DNA from: SAR86 cluster bacterium
GTDB taxonomy: Bacteria > Pseudomonadota > Gammaproteobacteria > Magnimaribacterales > Magnimaribacteraceae
Assembly: GCA_023703575.1 (NCBI GenBank)
Contig: CP097969.1
Location: forward strand, 651,517-715,516
Direction: 5' to 3'
DNA length: 64,000 nt
Below the pieces are notes generated by a model, which saw only the letters and a program-made list of their open reading frames with translations, was not told the origin of the DNA and searched no databases. Positions 10,127-18,382 of this stretch are shown one piece after another. A program made the position numbers and the translations under genes. How positions within the stretch are numbered: position 1 is the stretch's first letter; each line of letters opens with the position of its first letter.

Positions 10127-11301
10127 TGTTTATATCTCTTTTTAATACTTTAAAAGCTACCGGAGTACCCTGTTCCTTAAGAGAACTATTGGACTTAATT
10201 GCTGCTGTAGATAAGAGGCTAGCTTTTGCAAATATGAACGAATTTTACTTCTTGAGTAGGGCTATTCTGGTGAAAGATGAAAAGCACTATGACAAATTCG
10301 ATAGAGCTTTTGATATTTACTTTAAAGGAATTGAAAGCATAGATGATATTTTAGAAATGTTAATTCCAGACGAATGGTTGAAAGCCGAATTTGAAAAACA
10401 CCTTACTGAAGAAGAACTAAAAGAAATTCAATCCTTAGGTGGTCTAGAGAAACTTCTTGAAGAGTTTAAAAAGAAACTTCAAGAACAAGAAGAGAGGCAT
10501 GAAGGTGGCAGCAAACAAATAGGAACCGGTGGCACTTCTCCATTTGGAAATTCTGGGGAGAATCCAGAAGGTATTAGAGTCGGTGGTGAGGGAGGAAAAG
10601 GAAAAGCAGCTAAAGTATGGGAAGCAAGAGATTTTAAAAATCTTGATGACGATGTTGAGCTCGGTACTAGGAATATGAAAGTTGCTCTCAGAAGACTCAG
10701 AAAGCTAATCCGAGACAGTGCTGATGAAGAGTTTGATCTAGACAGTACCATCAGCTCTACTGCTAAAAAAGCAGGTCTGTTAGATGTTAAATTTCGTCCT
10801 GAAAAGAGAAATGCTGTAAAAGTACTAGTTTTGTTTGATGTGGGTGGTTCTATGGATCCTCATATCAGAGTTTGTGAAGAATTATTTTCTGCAGCCAAAA
10901 CAGAATTTAAAAATTTAGAATATTTCTATTTCCATAACTTTATTTATGAGACTGTGTGGAAGGATAATAGAAGAAGACAAAATGAAAGAGTTTATACGGA
11001 AGACATAATTCATAAGTATTCAGCTGATTATAAAATTATTTTCGTTGGAGATGCGACCATGGCTCCATATGAAATCACAAATCCTGGTGGAAGCATTGAG
11101 CATTGGAATGAAGAAGCAGGAGCTCTTTGGATGAAAAGAATGGTAGGTATCTATGACAAATTAGTTTGGTTAAACCCAGTGCCTCAAGAGCATTGGGAAT
11201 ATAGTGCTTCTGTTGAACTCACCAGAAGCCTTGTTGAAGACAATATGTTTCCTTTAACTATTAGGGGTCTCGAAGAGAGTATGGCTTATTTGAGTAAGTA
11301 A
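10126..11301 (+). CDS. VWA-domain protein, CoxE-like partner of MoxR
   Basis: 391 aa. Its start overlaps the MoxR stop (TAATG). A Gly/Glu-rich linker is followed by a C-terminal VWA with MIDAS-like LFDVGGSMD. Confidence 0.7.
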   Translation: MFISLFNTLKATGVPCSLRELLDLIAAVDKRLAFANMNEFYFLSRAILVKDEKHYDKFDRAFDIYFKGIESIDDILEMLIPDEWLKAEFEKHLTEEELKEIQSLGGLEKLLEEFKKKLQEQEERHEGGSKQIGTGGTSPFGNSGENPEGIRVGGEGGKGKAAKVWEARDFKNLDDDVELGTRNMKVALRRLRKLIRDSADEEFDLDSTISSTAKKAGLLDVKFRPEKRNAVKVLVLFDVGGSMDPHIRVCEELFSAAKTEFKNLEYFYFHNFIYETVWKDNRRRQNERVYTEDIIHKYSADYKIIFVGDATMAPYEITNPGGSIEHWNEEAGALWMKRMVGIYDKLVWLNPVPQEHWEYSASVELTRSLVEDNMFPLTIRGLEESMAYLSK

Positions 11302-11304
11302 CTC

Positions 11305-12234
11305 ATGAAAGCCCTTTCCATCAATAACTTAAAGAAAGAATATGCTGGAGGCTTACAAGCCTTAAAAGGTATTGACTTAGAGGTTACCCAAGGCGACTTT
11401 TTTGCACTTCTTGGACCAAATGGCGCAGGAAAATCTACAACTATAGGTATTATAAGTTCGCTAGTTACCAAAACCTCAGGCCAAGTAAAAATTCTAGATA
11501 TAGATATTGATGAGAATCACTCGCTAGCAAAGAAGAAACTTGGTGTTGTAGGTCAAGAAGTTAATTTTAATCAATTCGAAAAGGTCGGCGATATAATAAG
11601 GAATCAAGCTGGTTATCATGGATTGAGTTTTAAAGAAGCTAGAGAAAATGCTAAGTATTATATGCAGAAGCTTGATATCTGGGATAAACGTAATGATCAA
11701 GCCAGAAAGCTTTCTGGGGGTATGAAAAGAAGGGTAATGGTTGCAAAAGCTTTAGTAAATAATCCTGAACTTTTAATATTAGATGAACCAACTGCTGGAG
11801 TAGATATTGAACTCCGTAGATCTCTTTGGGATTTTCTGACTGAAATCAATAATGAGGGAACTACTATAATCTTAACAACACATTATCTTGAAGAAGCTGA
11901 GAGACTATGCAGGAACATAGCGATAATAGATTCAGGAGAAATCGTCGAAAATACAAGTATGCAAGAACTGTTAACACGCTTAGAAGAGGAAACATTTGTT
12001 TTCGATCTTAAAAATCCTTTACAAACACTGCCTAAAAATATCGACTACGAAGCTGTTTTAGAAAATCCTCAAAAACTAAAAATTACTATTGGAAAGGGCC
12101 AGGGTCTAAATACTATTTTTAAAGTCTTATCTGATTCTGGAATTCAAATATCAAGTATGAGAAATGATACAGGTCGTTTGGAAGAGCTATTCATGGGGTT
12201 GGTTGATTCAAACTTGAATGGAGATGAAAGATGA
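11305..12234 (+). CDS. ABC transporter ATP-binding protein (YadG-like, ABC-2 type)
   Basis: Walker A GPNGAGKST, signature LSGGMKRR, Walker B LLILDEPT and H-loop TTHY. Confidence 0.9.
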   Translation: MKALSINNLKKEYAGGLQALKGIDLEVTQGDFFALLGPNGAGKSTTIGIISSLVTKTSGQVKILDIDIDENHSLAKKKLGVVGQEVNFNQFEKVGDIIRNQAGYHGLSFKEARENAKYYMQKLDIWDKRNDQARKLSGGMKRRVMVAKALVNNPELLILDEPTAGVDIELRRSLWDFLTEINNEGTTIILTTHYLEEAERLCRNIAIIDSGEIVENTSMQELLTRLEEETFVFDLKNPLQTLPKNIDYEAVLENPQKLKITIGKGQGLNTIFKVLSDSGIQISSMRNDTGRLEELFMGLVDSNLNGDER

Positions 12235-13019
12235 CTCCATTAGAACAGTATAGAGCACTGATAACAATTATTTACAAAGAGATCCATAGATTTATGAGGA
12301 TTTGGACACAAACTCTCATTCCACCAGCAATAATGATAATGCTTTATTTTGTTATTTTTGGAACTCTTATTGGTAAAAGAATTGGACAAATGGGAGGCTT
12401 TGATTATATGCAATTTATGATCCCAGGTTTGATCATGATGTCGGTCATAAGTAATTCATATTCAAATGTAGTTTCCTCTTTTTTTGGTCAAAAGTTTGCG
12501 AGAAGTATTGAAGAGCTATTAATCACTCCATTACCACACTATCTAATTTTGCTAGGCTGGGTTCTTGGCGGAGTGGCTAGAGGACTTTTAGTTGGAGCAA
12601 TAGTAACCTTAGTGTCTCTGTGGTTTTATGATTTATCAGTAAGTAACTGGACTTTGAGCATATTTGTAGTGATTTCTACATCTATACTTTTTTCATTGGG
12701 AGGATTTTTAAATGCTCTGTTTGCAGAGTCGTTTGATGATATATCAATTATTCCGACTTTTATAATGCAGCCTTTGATTTATCTCGGTGGGGTTTTCTAC
12801 TCTATTCAATTACTTCCTTCTTTTTGGCAGACAGTATCGCTAGCCAATCCAATTCTTTATATGATCAATGCTTTTAGATATTCTATTTTAGGAGCTTCAG
12901 ACTTAGAAGCTCTTGGTTTTTCAATAAACTCTGCAATTTTTATGATTATAGGATTTATAGTTCTATTTACTTTTATTTGTTTATGGTTCCTACACAAAGG
13001 GCGTGGTATCAGAACTTAG
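12231..13019 (+). CDS. ABC-2 type transporter permease (YadH-like)
   Basis: 262 aa with six hydrophobic helices. ATGA overlap with the ATPase gene. Confidence 0.8.
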   Translation: MTPLEQYRALITIIYKEIHRFMRIWTQTLIPPAIMIMLYFVIFGTLIGKRIGQMGGFDYMQFMIPGLIMMSVISNSYSNVVSSFFGQKFARSIEELLITPLPHYLILLGWVLGGVARGLLVGAIVTLVSLWFYDLSVSNWTLSIFVVISTSILFSLGGFLNALFAESFDDISIIPTFIMQPLIYLGGVFYSIQLLPSFWQTVSLANPILYMINAFRYSILGASDLEALGFSINSAIFMIIGFIVLFTFICLWFLHKGRGIRT

Positions 13020-13022
13020 ACA

Positions 13023-13820
13023 ATGGTTAATTCAATCCTAGGACAAGATTCAGCTATTCCTTTGCAGTATGATCCATCGATCCTCTCACCAATGAGTAGG
13101 TTAGATTCAAGAATAAAAACGGGTTTAAATGAATTTCAAGATTTTCATGGAAGAGATTTTTGGACTTCCTATGAAACTTCATGGCTTAATAAAGAAGGCA
13201 TACCCCAAAATAAAATTCTCAATATCTCTTATGATTGCAACTCAAAATTTTTTGTGGAGTCAAAATCTTTAAAGTTATATTTATATTCTCTTAACAACAA
13301 AAAGTTTAAATCTATAGATTCTCTAAGGAATCTAATAAAAGATGATTTAGAGAAAGCATTGAAAACTGATGTTGATGTTGATTTGAATAAGTTACCAAGA
13401 TTAATTACAGACAGCTCAACTTCGATAGACGAAGTATATTTAGATAAGATTGATTCTTACCCGAATTCTCAAGTAATCCAACCAGGAGAAAAGGAATACA
13501 CCAGCGAACATCTCTCATGCAGTCTTTTTAGAAGCTTATGTCCTGTTACCTCGCAGCCTGACTGGGCAACTATACATATTTCCTATAATGGAAACTCTAT
13601 TCAACATAAGGGACTTCTTCAGTATTTGCTTGCCTACCGAAATCACCAGGGATTCCATGAGGAGTGCGTAGAAAGAATTTTTACAGATTTATTGAAGAGG
13701 TGTAGATTAAAAAAACTTTCAGTAAGGGCAAATTTCCTTAGAAGGGGTGGAATTGAAATCAATCCAATCAGGACGACACCAAATTTTGATATTGAAATAA
13801 CAAGAGATATTAGACAATAA
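13023..13820 (+). CDS. queF: NADPH-dependent 7-cyano-7-deazaguanine (preQ0) reductase, two-domain type II
   Basis: 265 aa. QueF motif ESKSLKLYL and catalytic Cys context SLCPVTSQPDWATI. Confidence 0.85.
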   Translation: MVNSILGQDSAIPLQYDPSILSPMSRLDSRIKTGLNEFQDFHGRDFWTSYETSWLNKEGIPQNKILNISYDCNSKFFVESKSLKLYLYSLNNKKFKSIDSLRNLIKDDLEKALKTDVDVDLNKLPRLITDSSTSIDEVYLDKIDSYPNSQVIQPGEKEYTSEHLSCSLFRSLCPVTSQPDWATIHISYNGNSIQHKGLLQYLLAYRNHQGFHEECVERIFTDLLKRCRLKKLSVRANFLRRGGIEINPIRTTPNFDIEITRDIRQ

Positions 13821-13830
13821 ACTTTTATAG

Positions 13831-14031
13831 ATGAAAGATTTAGAGGGTAAAAGATTGAATGAGTTAGAAGCAAGAGCAATATTTCAAGAAGATACCATAG
13901 AAAAGCTAAGTAAGGAATTGAGCATTCAACAGAAAGAAATTATTCAGTTAAAAGAAGAAATAAAGACTTTAAAAGAATCTTTCGAAAAGAACATTATTGA
14001 AGATACTACTGAGAAACCACCTCATTACTGA
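13831..14031 (+). CDS. slyX: SlyX family coiled-coil protein
   Basis: 66 aa. LEARAIFQEDTIEKL and the family-typical C-terminal KPPHY. Confidence 0.8.
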   Translation: MKDLEGKRLNELEARAIFQEDTIEKLSKELSIQQKEIIQLKEEIKTLKESFEKNIIEDTTEKPPHY

Positions 14032-14085
14032 TAAACAATTTGTTTTTCAGAGATTTATAAAACAATATAATGCCGAAACAAAAAA

Positions 14086-14175
14086 GGAGAGATGGCAGAG
14101 TGGTCGAATGCGCACGCTTGGAAAGCGTGTAAGGTGTCAAAGCCTTCGAGGGTTCGAATCCCTCTCTCTCCGCCA
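14086..14175 (+). tRNA. tRNA-Ser (anticodon GGA)
   Basis: Acceptor GGAGAGA pairs with TCTCTCC, followed by G-CCA. Anticodon stem CACGC/GCGTG with loop TTGGAAA, a long variable arm, and T-arm GAGGG-TTCGAAT-CCCTC. Confidence 0.9.
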
Positions 14176-14325
14176 TTAAAAATTATATAAATGTGAGTGT
14201 GAATCTGACTAATGAAGACTGTTTAAGGTAATAGGGCTTTCCGCATCTGGAGTTGATATACTTATTTTAAATTGAGACACATTGGGACTTGAGGTGAACT
14301 ATCAGCTAATTTAAAGGAGAAAAAT

Positions 14326-15186
14326 ATGAATGATCTTAAAAATAAAACTTTATTTGTTTCAGGGGCCAGCAGAGGTATAGGCCTTGCAATTGCTAAGAGA
14401 GCTGCCAAGGATGGAGCAAATATTATTTTAGCTGCAAAAACAGCTGAACCTCACCCAAAACTTCCAGGTACTATTTATACTGCTGCAGATGAAATTATTG
14501 AAGAGGGCGGTCAAGCATTGCCCGTAATTTGTGATATACGAGACGAAGAAAACGTTAGGGATGCGGTAAATAAAGGTTTAGATCATTTCGGCAATATTGA
14601 TATTTGCGTAAACAATGCGTCAGCAATTCAACTAACTGGTACTCTTCAAACCGATATGAAAAGATATGATTTAATGAATCAAATAAATGCCAGAGGTACT
14701 TTTTTAGTCAGTAAAGTTTGCCTTCCTCATTTGCTAAAGTCTGATAATCCTCATATTTTAAATTTGTCGCCCCCTTTGGATATGGATCCAAAATGGTTCG
14801 GGCCGCATGTTGCATATACGATGGCTAAATTTGGAATGAGTCTTTGCGTTCTTGGTATGGCAGAAGAATTTAAACAAGATGGGGTCGCTGTGAATGCCCT
14901 GTGGCCCAGAACTGCTATTGCGACTGCAGCGATAAAGAATACATTAGGAGGTGACAGTATTATGAATATATCAAGATCTCCAGAGATAATGGCCGATGCA
15001 GCATATATAATATTAACTAAAGACTCTAGGGAATTTACTGGGAATTTCTGCATTGATGATAACTTGCTTGCTGACAATGGAGTGACTGATTTCTCCCAGT
15101 ATGCAGATGTTCCTTTTTCAGAATTGGCACCGGACTTTTTTGTTCCTGACGATATTGAACCGCCCGAAGCTGCAAAAAATAGTTAA
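14326..15186 (+). CDS. Short-chain dehydrogenase/reductase, HSDL2-like subgroup
   Basis: 286 aa. SGASRGIG cofactor motif, NNAS, and YTMAK catalytic Tyr/Lys. KTAEPHPKLPGTIYTAA is characteristic of the HSDL2-like SDR group as I recall it. Confidence 0.8.
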   Translation: MNDLKNKTLFVSGASRGIGLAIAKRAAKDGANIILAAKTAEPHPKLPGTIYTAADEIIEEGGQALPVICDIRDEENVRDAVNKGLDHFGNIDICVNNASAIQLTGTLQTDMKRYDLMNQINARGTFLVSKVCLPHLLKSDNPHILNLSPPLDMDPKWFGPHVAYTMAKFGMSLCVLGMAEEFKQDGVAVNALWPRTAIATAAIKNTLGGDSIMNISRSPEIMADAAYIILTKDSREFTGNFCIDDNLLADNGVTDFSQYADVPFSELAPDFFVPDDIEPPEAAKNS

Positions 15187-15659
15187 TGAAAAGATTCTTT
15201 CTTACAGTTTTTGTTTTTTATCTATCTTATTTTTTGGTTTCAGATGAAAAAAAAATTGAAGACTGTACTTTGATAGAAAACAATGAAGAAAGACTCTCTT
15301 GTTTTGATAGCTTCTTTAAAACCGATAAAAAATTAATTCTTGTCGATCAAGACGATATAGCTATCTTTCAAGAAAAGATCGAAGATACTAATGGAGATGA
15401 TGATAAGGTAATAGTTAAAGCGCCAAGATCTGTTATTAATGATAATCTCGCCCTAGTAGGAGTGAGACTGTCTGGAAGAGACTATTTATTTGAGTTGAAC
15501 GATAAGTCTGTTTGGAAAAATATAGAAACTATTAGAAAAAAAGATATTCCCACACCGGGTGATAAAGTATTTCTTGAAACTGGTTTGTTTGGATCTATGT
15601 TTTTAAAAATAAAAGGTGAAAAAAATAAAATTCGAATAAAAAAAGTAAGAAATCTATGA
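15186..15659 (+). CDS. Exported protein of unknown function
   Basis: 157 aa with an N-terminal hydrophobic signal, then the C-x9-RLSCFD motif. Start overlaps the SDR stop (TAATG). Confidence 0.5.
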   Translation: MKRFFLTVFVFYLSYFLVSDEKKIEDCTLIENNEERLSCFDSFFKTDKKLILVDQDDIAIFQEKIEDTNGDDDKVIVKAPRSVINDNLALVGVRLSGRDYLFELNDKSVWKNIETIRKKDIPTPGDKVFLETGLFGSMFLKIKGEKNKIRIKKVRNL

Positions 15660-16045
15660 ATAAGATAAAAGAAAAAAGGGAGTTTGAAGCTTCTCCAGAG
15701 ATTATTTGGAATATCGTGAGTAATATCTCTAGAAGTGACTGGGTACCAGGAGTTGAGAGTATTGAACTTAAAGGCAATAAGAGGATCTTCAAGATGACAG
15801 GTATGGGCAGACTAGTTGAAGAAATAATAGAATGCGATGATGAGAATATGGAGCTTTCGTATTCTGCGATAGAGACTGTGATTCCTATTCAACACCATCT
15901 TGCAAAAATTAAATTGTCAGAAATGGAAGGTAATACGATTTTTGAATGGACTACCGAGATTGATCCTCCTGAATTTTCTGAACCAATCAGACAAGGTATG
16001 CTTTCATCTCTTGACCAACTCGAAAAAGTACTAAAAAACACTTAA
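15656..16045 (+). CDS. SRPBCC (START/Bet v1/polyketide-cyclase-like) ligand-binding protein
   Basis: 129 aa. Size, the SPE..W....D...W N-terminal pattern and alternating beta-strand character fit this fold. ATGA overlap with the upstream gene. Confidence 0.5.
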   Translation: MNKIKEKREFEASPEIIWNIVSNISRSDWVPGVESIELKGNKRIFKMTGMGRLVEEIIECDDENMELSYSAIETVIPIQHHLAKIKLSEMEGNTIFEWTTEIDPPEFSEPIRQGMLSSLDQLEKVLKNT

Positions 16046-16113
16046 AAAACCTTTTTCTTATCATGCATAACTGATAAGGTTCTTAGACATACATAGATTA
16101 CTGGGGAGGGTTT

Positions 16114-16281
16114 ATGTTAGTACTAAGCAGGAAAGCTGAAGAATCAATGTACATTGGCGATGATATTAAGATTACGGTTTTAGATATCAGAGGAGGGCAA
16201 GTTAGGATAGGCATCACGGCACCTCAAGATGTCAAAATTCATCGAGAAGAAGTATACAATCGTATCTCAAGTGAAGATTAG
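16114..16281 (+). CDS. csrA: Carbon storage regulator CsrA (RNA-binding translational regulator)
   Basis: Not in the ORF track because it is only 55 aa. My translation is [55 protein letters not shown], co-linear with CsrA (VRIGI.AP..V.V.REE.Y). SD GGGGAGGG lies upstream. Confidence 0.9.
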   Translation: MLVLSRKAEESMYIGDDIKITVLDIRGGQVRIGITAPQDVKIHREEVYNRISSED

Positions 16282-16324
16282 ATAGCGAATGAAGTTATCA
16301 AAATAGGAGTTATAATCTATTCTA

Positions 16325-16401
16325 GGGGCTGTAGCTCATTTGGATAGAGTGTCTGGCTACGAACTAGAAGGTAGCAGGTTCGAATCCTGCCAGCCCCGCC
16401 A
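16325..16401 (+). tRNA. tRNA-Arg (anticodon ACG)
   Basis: Acceptor GGGGCTG pairs with CAGCCCC, followed by G-CCA. Anticodon loop CTACGAA, and T-arm GCAGG-TTCGAAT-CCTGC. Confidence 0.9.
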
Positions 16402-16427
16402 AAAAAAACATTTAAGAAGGAAATAAA

Positions 16428-16859
16428 ATGAATGCAGTAGATAAATGGCATGAAGTAATGAAAAGCGGCGGTTCGGGAGCAGAAGATAAACTTGATAAGC
16501 TTCTTCATGAAGATGTCATATTTTATTCGCCAGTGGTATTTACACCCCAAAGAGGAAAAGATATTACTAAGTTGTACCTATCAGCTGCATCGGGTGTATT
16601 TAGTGATGAAAAAACAAATAAAGATTCAGATAAAAAGAACTCCAAGTTTAAATATGTTAAAGAAATTATTAGTGGTAATTCTGCATGTTTAGAATTCGAA
16701 ACTGAGATGAATGGAATATACGTTAATGGCATTGACCTTATTACATGGGATCAAGATAACAAAATTATTGAATTTAAAGTAATTGTCAGACCTCTTCAGG
16801 CAGTAAATACGTTACATGCAAAGATGGGCAAAATGCTGGATAAATTAAAGTCGAAGTAA
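16428..16859 (+). CDS. NTF2/SnoaL-like fold protein
   Basis: 143 aa. The N-terminal helix pattern (W.......G....L..LL.EDV.F.SP) and the C-terminal beta-sheet are typical of SnoaL_2/DUF4440-like proteins. Confidence 0.45.
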   Translation: MNAVDKWHEVMKSGGSGAEDKLDKLLHEDVIFYSPVVFTPQRGKDITKLYLSAASGVFSDEKTNKDSDKKNSKFKYVKEIISGNSACLEFETEMNGIYVNGIDLITWDQDNKIIEFKVIVRPLQAVNTLHAKMGKMLDKLKSK

Positions 16860-16861
16860 TT

Positions 16862-17554
16862 TTGAGAGTTTTTCTTTCATATGGAGTTCATCTTTTTACT
16901 GTATCTGGTGTTTTCTTCAGCTTTTTGGCTCTGATTGCATCCATCGAAAGAAATTTACCTTTAGTTTTTTTCTATCTGGCAATTGCACTCTTTATAGATG
17001 GAGTAGATGGATCCTTAGCCAGAAGGGTAGATGTAAAAAAATATACACCAAAGATAAATGGAGAAAATTTAGATAATATTATCGACTATCTAAATTATGT
17101 TTTTCTTCCTGCTTTTGTAATTTATTGGCTTGATTTAGTTCCTGAAGGAATGGCTTTAATATCGGTAGCTACTATTCTTATAGTGTCTTGTTATACATTT
17201 GCGAATAATAATATAAAAACTTCTGATTTTTATTTCTCCGGCTTTCCTGCCCTTTGGAATGTAGTAATCCTCTACTTTTATATATTAGACACTGGTCCTT
17301 TTACTAATCTTTTAATTATCTTTGCCTTATCCTTTCTTACTTTTATTCCTTTTAAGTACTGCCATCCATTTAGGGTAAGAGAGTTTAGAAAATCAACTTT
17401 ATCTGTTTTGATGATATGGATGATAACAACGGTGCTTTTGTTATATTTTGATCATTTAGATGAAACACTCTTAAGAATAGCTTTTTTAATTTGGTCGTTA
17501 ACAAATGTGTATTTTATTTTTTTAACAATATTAAGAAGCTTTAAAAATAGTTGA
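16862..17554 (+). CDS. pcs: CDP-alcohol phosphatidyltransferase, phosphatidylcholine synthase (Pcs)-like
   Basis: 230 aa with about 7-8 TM helices. Motif DGVDGSLARR-x10-G-x2-LDNIIDYLNYVFLPA, then FSGFPALWN. As I remember them, these fit the Pcs subgroup better than PgsA or PssA. TTG start. Confidence 0.55.
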   Translation: MRVFLSYGVHLFTVSGVFFSFLALIASIERNLPLVFFYLAIALFIDGVDGSLARRVDVKKYTPKINGENLDNIIDYLNYVFLPAFVIYWLDLVPEGMALISVATILIVSCYTFANNNIKTSDFYFSGFPALWNVVILYFYILDTGPFTNLLIIFALSFLTFIPFKYCHPFRVREFRKSTLSVLMIWMITTVLLLYFDHLDETLLRIAFLIWSLTNVYFIFLTILRSFKNS

Positions 17555-17584
17555 TTATCTTCAAAGTAACAAGATATTTAATTC

Positions 17585-18379
17585 TCATATTTTTTCTCGA
17601 AACCATTTAGTAATTATAGTTTTTTCTCCTTTCAATACAGGATGGGCTTGATGCATTGTATTTTCATTCGGAGAGCCATCTTCATTTAAATTATTCCAAA
17701 TAATCCCCTTACCTGCTATCGGAGAGAATACTTTGTCTAACACAGGGAATTCTGTTTCTCCACCTTCATTGACGTCATTAAGATAAACCATAAAAGTATA
17801 AGACCTTTGCCCACGATTTTTGGAGTAATCCTGTAATTGGGAAACTTCAAAATAATCAGTATGGGCCTTAAATTCTTGCCCTTCTAAATAATGCTGTCCT
17901 TGAAGTGTTTCTCCAAGCTTCCTATCTATTCCTATAAAATCACATATTTTTTTATCAATTTTCCTTAAAAAAGGGTCATTTCTTCTTCCTAAATCGCAAG
18001 TGCTACTGGTCCTATATGTAGGATCATATTCTCCCGCACTTGCTATTGTTGAAGGTCTTAACGTTCTTTTTATTTCAAAAATTAATCTTTTACACTCTTC
18101 TTTTGTTAAAAAGCTATTAATTTCATAGATTTCTGCTTGTACATCTTTTATTTGGGTAGCAGAAATATTCTTATTGGGTAAATAATTGCGTTTATCAGAA
18201 TCTAGTTTCTTTAATTCATCTAAATCCCCTTTAGTCAGATCAAGTCCAAGTGCTATTTTGCATTGAGAGATAGAAAAACCCTCCTCAAGAAGAATAGCTA
18301 GCAATTGGTTCTTATCACAACCTTTTTGGATATTTTCAAATATCCAATTCAACCAATCTTGAGATAAATTCTTCTGCAT
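17585..18379 (-). CDS. 2-oxoglutarate/Fe(II)-dependent oxygenase, prolyl 4-hydroxylase-like
   Basis: 264 aa. HTDYF (H-x-D), a distal His in QAHPV, and K/R in TKW. An additional helical N-terminal module of about 60 aa is present. Confidence 0.7.
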   Translation of the reverse strand: MQKNLSQDWLNWIFENIQKGCDKNQLLAILLEEGFSISQCKIALGLDLTKGDLDELKKLDSDKRNYLPNKNISATQIKDVQAEIYEINSFLTKEECKRLIFEIKRTLRPSTIASAGEYDPTYRTSSTCDLGRRNDPFLRKIDKKICDFIGIDRKLGETLQGQHYLEGQEFKAHTDYFEVSQLQDYSKNRGQRSYTFMVYLNDVNEGGETEFPVLDKVFSPIAGKGIIWNNLNEDGSPNENTMHQAHPVLKGEKTIITKWFREKI

Positions 18380-18382
18380 AGC

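Noticed and set aside
10479-10751. Antisense or alternative-frame ORFs of 60-116 aa listed in the track inside longer genes. Examples are 440-628, 3289-3531, 6703-6954, 10479-10751, 14751-15077, 33266-33559, 34519-34830, 34957-35307, 41174-41521, 43262-43588, 44716-45000, 46906-47214, 47941-48168, 50975-51196, 57766-58026 and 63465-63716.
   Set aside because: Each lies wholly inside a longer ORF with strong family motifs on the other strand or frame. Their translations are low-complexity (Ser/Pro/Leu/Ile-rich), with no motifs and no SD. They are the expected by-products of long ORFs.
13997-14179. Track ORFs overlapping tRNA genes: 13997-14179 over tRNA-Ser, 16317-16550 over tRNA-Arg, and 20768-21022 over tRNA-Gly.
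   Set aside because: The cloverleaf structures are unambiguous, and these ORFs simply read through or antisense to the tRNAs.
16057-16078. An inverted repeat CTTATCA-N8-TGATAAG after the SRPBCC gene, considered as a possible terminator upstream of csrA.
   Set aside because: The stem is 7 bp and all weak (A/T-rich), with no following T-tract. Support for a terminator is insufficient.
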